This document shows, one piece after another, positions 61,899 through 64,000 of a stretch of 64,000 nt of DNA. Positions within the stretch are counted from its first letter, which is position 1, and every line of letters begins with the position of its first letter. This stretch comes from Azolla caroliniana (taxonomy: Eukaryota > Plantae > Polypodiophyta): the NCBI GenBank assembly GCA_043228905.1, contig JBHGNT010000003.1:4774001-4838000 (forward strand), in the 5' to 3' direction. The position numbers and the translations under genes were made by a program. The notes beneath the pieces are model-generated. The model was not told the origin of the DNA. It did not search any database and was given only the letters and a program-made list of their open reading frames with translations.

Positions 61899-62712
61899 TG
61901 GGGAAAAAAAAGTCAAAAAATGTGACCATGACTAGCCTCGCAAATCTCTTGATAAGTAGGATGCCATTTTTGAAGTGACCCTCAAGATACATGATAAGGT
62001 GGATCGAATGGCAAAGAAGGTAAGTGAAATGCATAAAGAACTTCAAATTATGAAGAAATATTTTATAAGAAACATTGAGCAATCTATAAGTAAGCTATTG
62101 AAATTAGCACTGGATAATGAGGCCGAAAAGCAACTCCCTTGTGTTGCCCTCCTAACTAAAATGTTCAAGTCAAAAGTTGAGAAAAGTTTGACACAGGTGC
62201 CTCAAGTTTTGGGAGATAAGTTTGTGAGAATCCAATTATATTGTGAGGATAAAACTTTGTCACACCATGTGGAAAACCAACCTGGTATCACCCTCACCAC
62301 TTTGTCACACTCTCATTCAGAGTGTTTAGAAAAATTCTTGCCATTTATCAACAATCTATTTCATGTTTTGACAAAAGTTGCTAAAGTCGGTATTTCCTCT
62401 ATGGTACCAATTGGAAGCTCCTTGATTCCTAATTGGACACCCCACCTCAAACTAATGAAACAATACCCTATGGTACAAAGTCATTTTGAATAAAAAAAAG
62501 GATATATTTCTAAGTACACTAGAGTGTGATTCCAAAGAGTGGCAAAAGTGCTTGCCATCTATATTAAGAGAAAATGGATGTTTGACAAACCAAAACATAG
62601 CTAGGAAGTTCCATCTCTAGCGTACTATCTATGTGAAGGTGAGGGGAGTACTCATGTTGCATGGTTATGCAAGATGCATTGTGAAAGAAAAGGGTTCTTG
62701 CCATTAGGATAA
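61899..62712 (+). pseudogene. TORNADO1-like gene copy 3: C-terminal fragment closely related to copy 1
   Basis: ORF 61975-62493 aligns with copy 1 (QLPCVALLT, LYCEDK..HHVENQPG); later stops; ends VAWLCKMHCE; 3' flank matches 6665-6775 and 8215-8380. Confidence 0.88.
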
Positions 62713-64000
62713 ATTAGATATTGCTATGTGGGTTTAAATAGAAAGGTGTACTTTCTATATTTAATATAAAATTTGAATATTCCTTTATTGAATTTAGATA
62801 GACTTTTGCAACTAAGAATAAATTTGAATATAAATTTAAATTATACATTTAATCATATTCAAAACTATTAGGATTATGTGAAACTAATGAGACACTAAGT
62901 GATAATGGACATTGTTAATAATGAAAAAATTATTTTTAGGAATCGTATCATATTCTTATGGTTTTCCTTCAAAATATTATTTATAAATTGACATTTTAAC
63001 TTAGTTAAAGTGCTAATCTTCAATATGTAAAGTTGATGGTGCTCTAAGTAATTTTGTTTGAATCAGTATGACTAGATTCAAACCCCAAGTAAGTAATTAT
63101 TGTTGCATTCATTAGAAAAACTTACATAAATATCTTCTTATTTGCTTCTACAAAATGGTTTTGAAAGATTTGTTGTCTAATAAATATAAGTGAAAACAAT
63201 AACATTGTAATTACTAATACCTACGCTTCAATCAAAACTTTGGGTTGTCAATTGATTTGGCCTAGGTTTCAATAAATACCCATGAGTTTTCTCTAAATGA
63301 GCCAACACCCTTAGACATCTACCGAAGTAAAGAAAAAAAATATTTTTCCTTGCTTTTTAAACACTAGGTACGGCCCGACAAGGTCAAATCATTTAAAATA
63401 CTACATTTTATAACAGAAGTTATGAGCTACTCCATCATTCAAGTACAATTATGATTATATATTCAGCATGGGATGTCCCTCAAACACCAACTTGACATTT
63501 TCTACTTCCAAATAAATTTAAGAGTGTGAGCCTTATAACCTTACCAAAAATTATATATAGCATCATCGTTAAAATTATAAAGCATAAAGTTAAGAGTGTT
63601 TGTACAGTTGTGGAGTTATTTCAATGATCACTATGAAACCAATAATACATTAACTAACATTTGCCCATTAGAAAATATGTATCGCAAGATAGAAAAGATT
63701 TTAGCTTTCATAGTTGGGATTGATTGCATCTACAAGTGGCACATAAGTTCTATGACTATGGTTATTGTTGTTGCTCTTATCGTTGCTATTAGCATCTGGG
63801 GTTGAACTATAGTTGTTTGAATGAACCTTTAGCAAAAGCCTAAAGATAAGTGAAAAGGAGATTATGTGACTGCCTTCACATCATCTATCTCTATAGCATT
63901 TTCCGAAGATAGACAAATATGTAGAGTACATGAAATCCCATGGCATTCATTAGAACTCAAATGCATGTATTCACCTTGAAAAAATTACCCTAACATCTTT

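Overview
Eukaryotic, repeat-dense land-plant nuclear DNA (gene content suggests a non-seed plant; inference). The host content is a decaying cluster of three TORNADO1-like ROCO (LRR-Roc-COR) gene copies plus an intronless double-retropepsin pseudogene. Most of 16.2-51.4 kb is a five-level transposon nest with boundary signatures at every level: LINE > Ty1/copia > Sola-like DNA transposon > Ty3/gypsy > pogo. The LINE 5' region also holds an organelle-like segment with a psbA fragment. Two young copia elements (one complete, with identical LTRs) lie outside the nest. The main finding is the Sola-like element (23556-44715, about 9.6 kb once the gypsy is removed). Divergent from its DDD transposase it carries a spliced cargo gene encoding a ParB/Srx-like domain fused to a bacterial-type beta-class N6-adenine/N4-cytosine DNA methyltransferase, with an array of about 8 long palindromes in its first intron. 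This copy is pseudogenised. All calls were made by eye from the sequence and ORF track; no searches were run.
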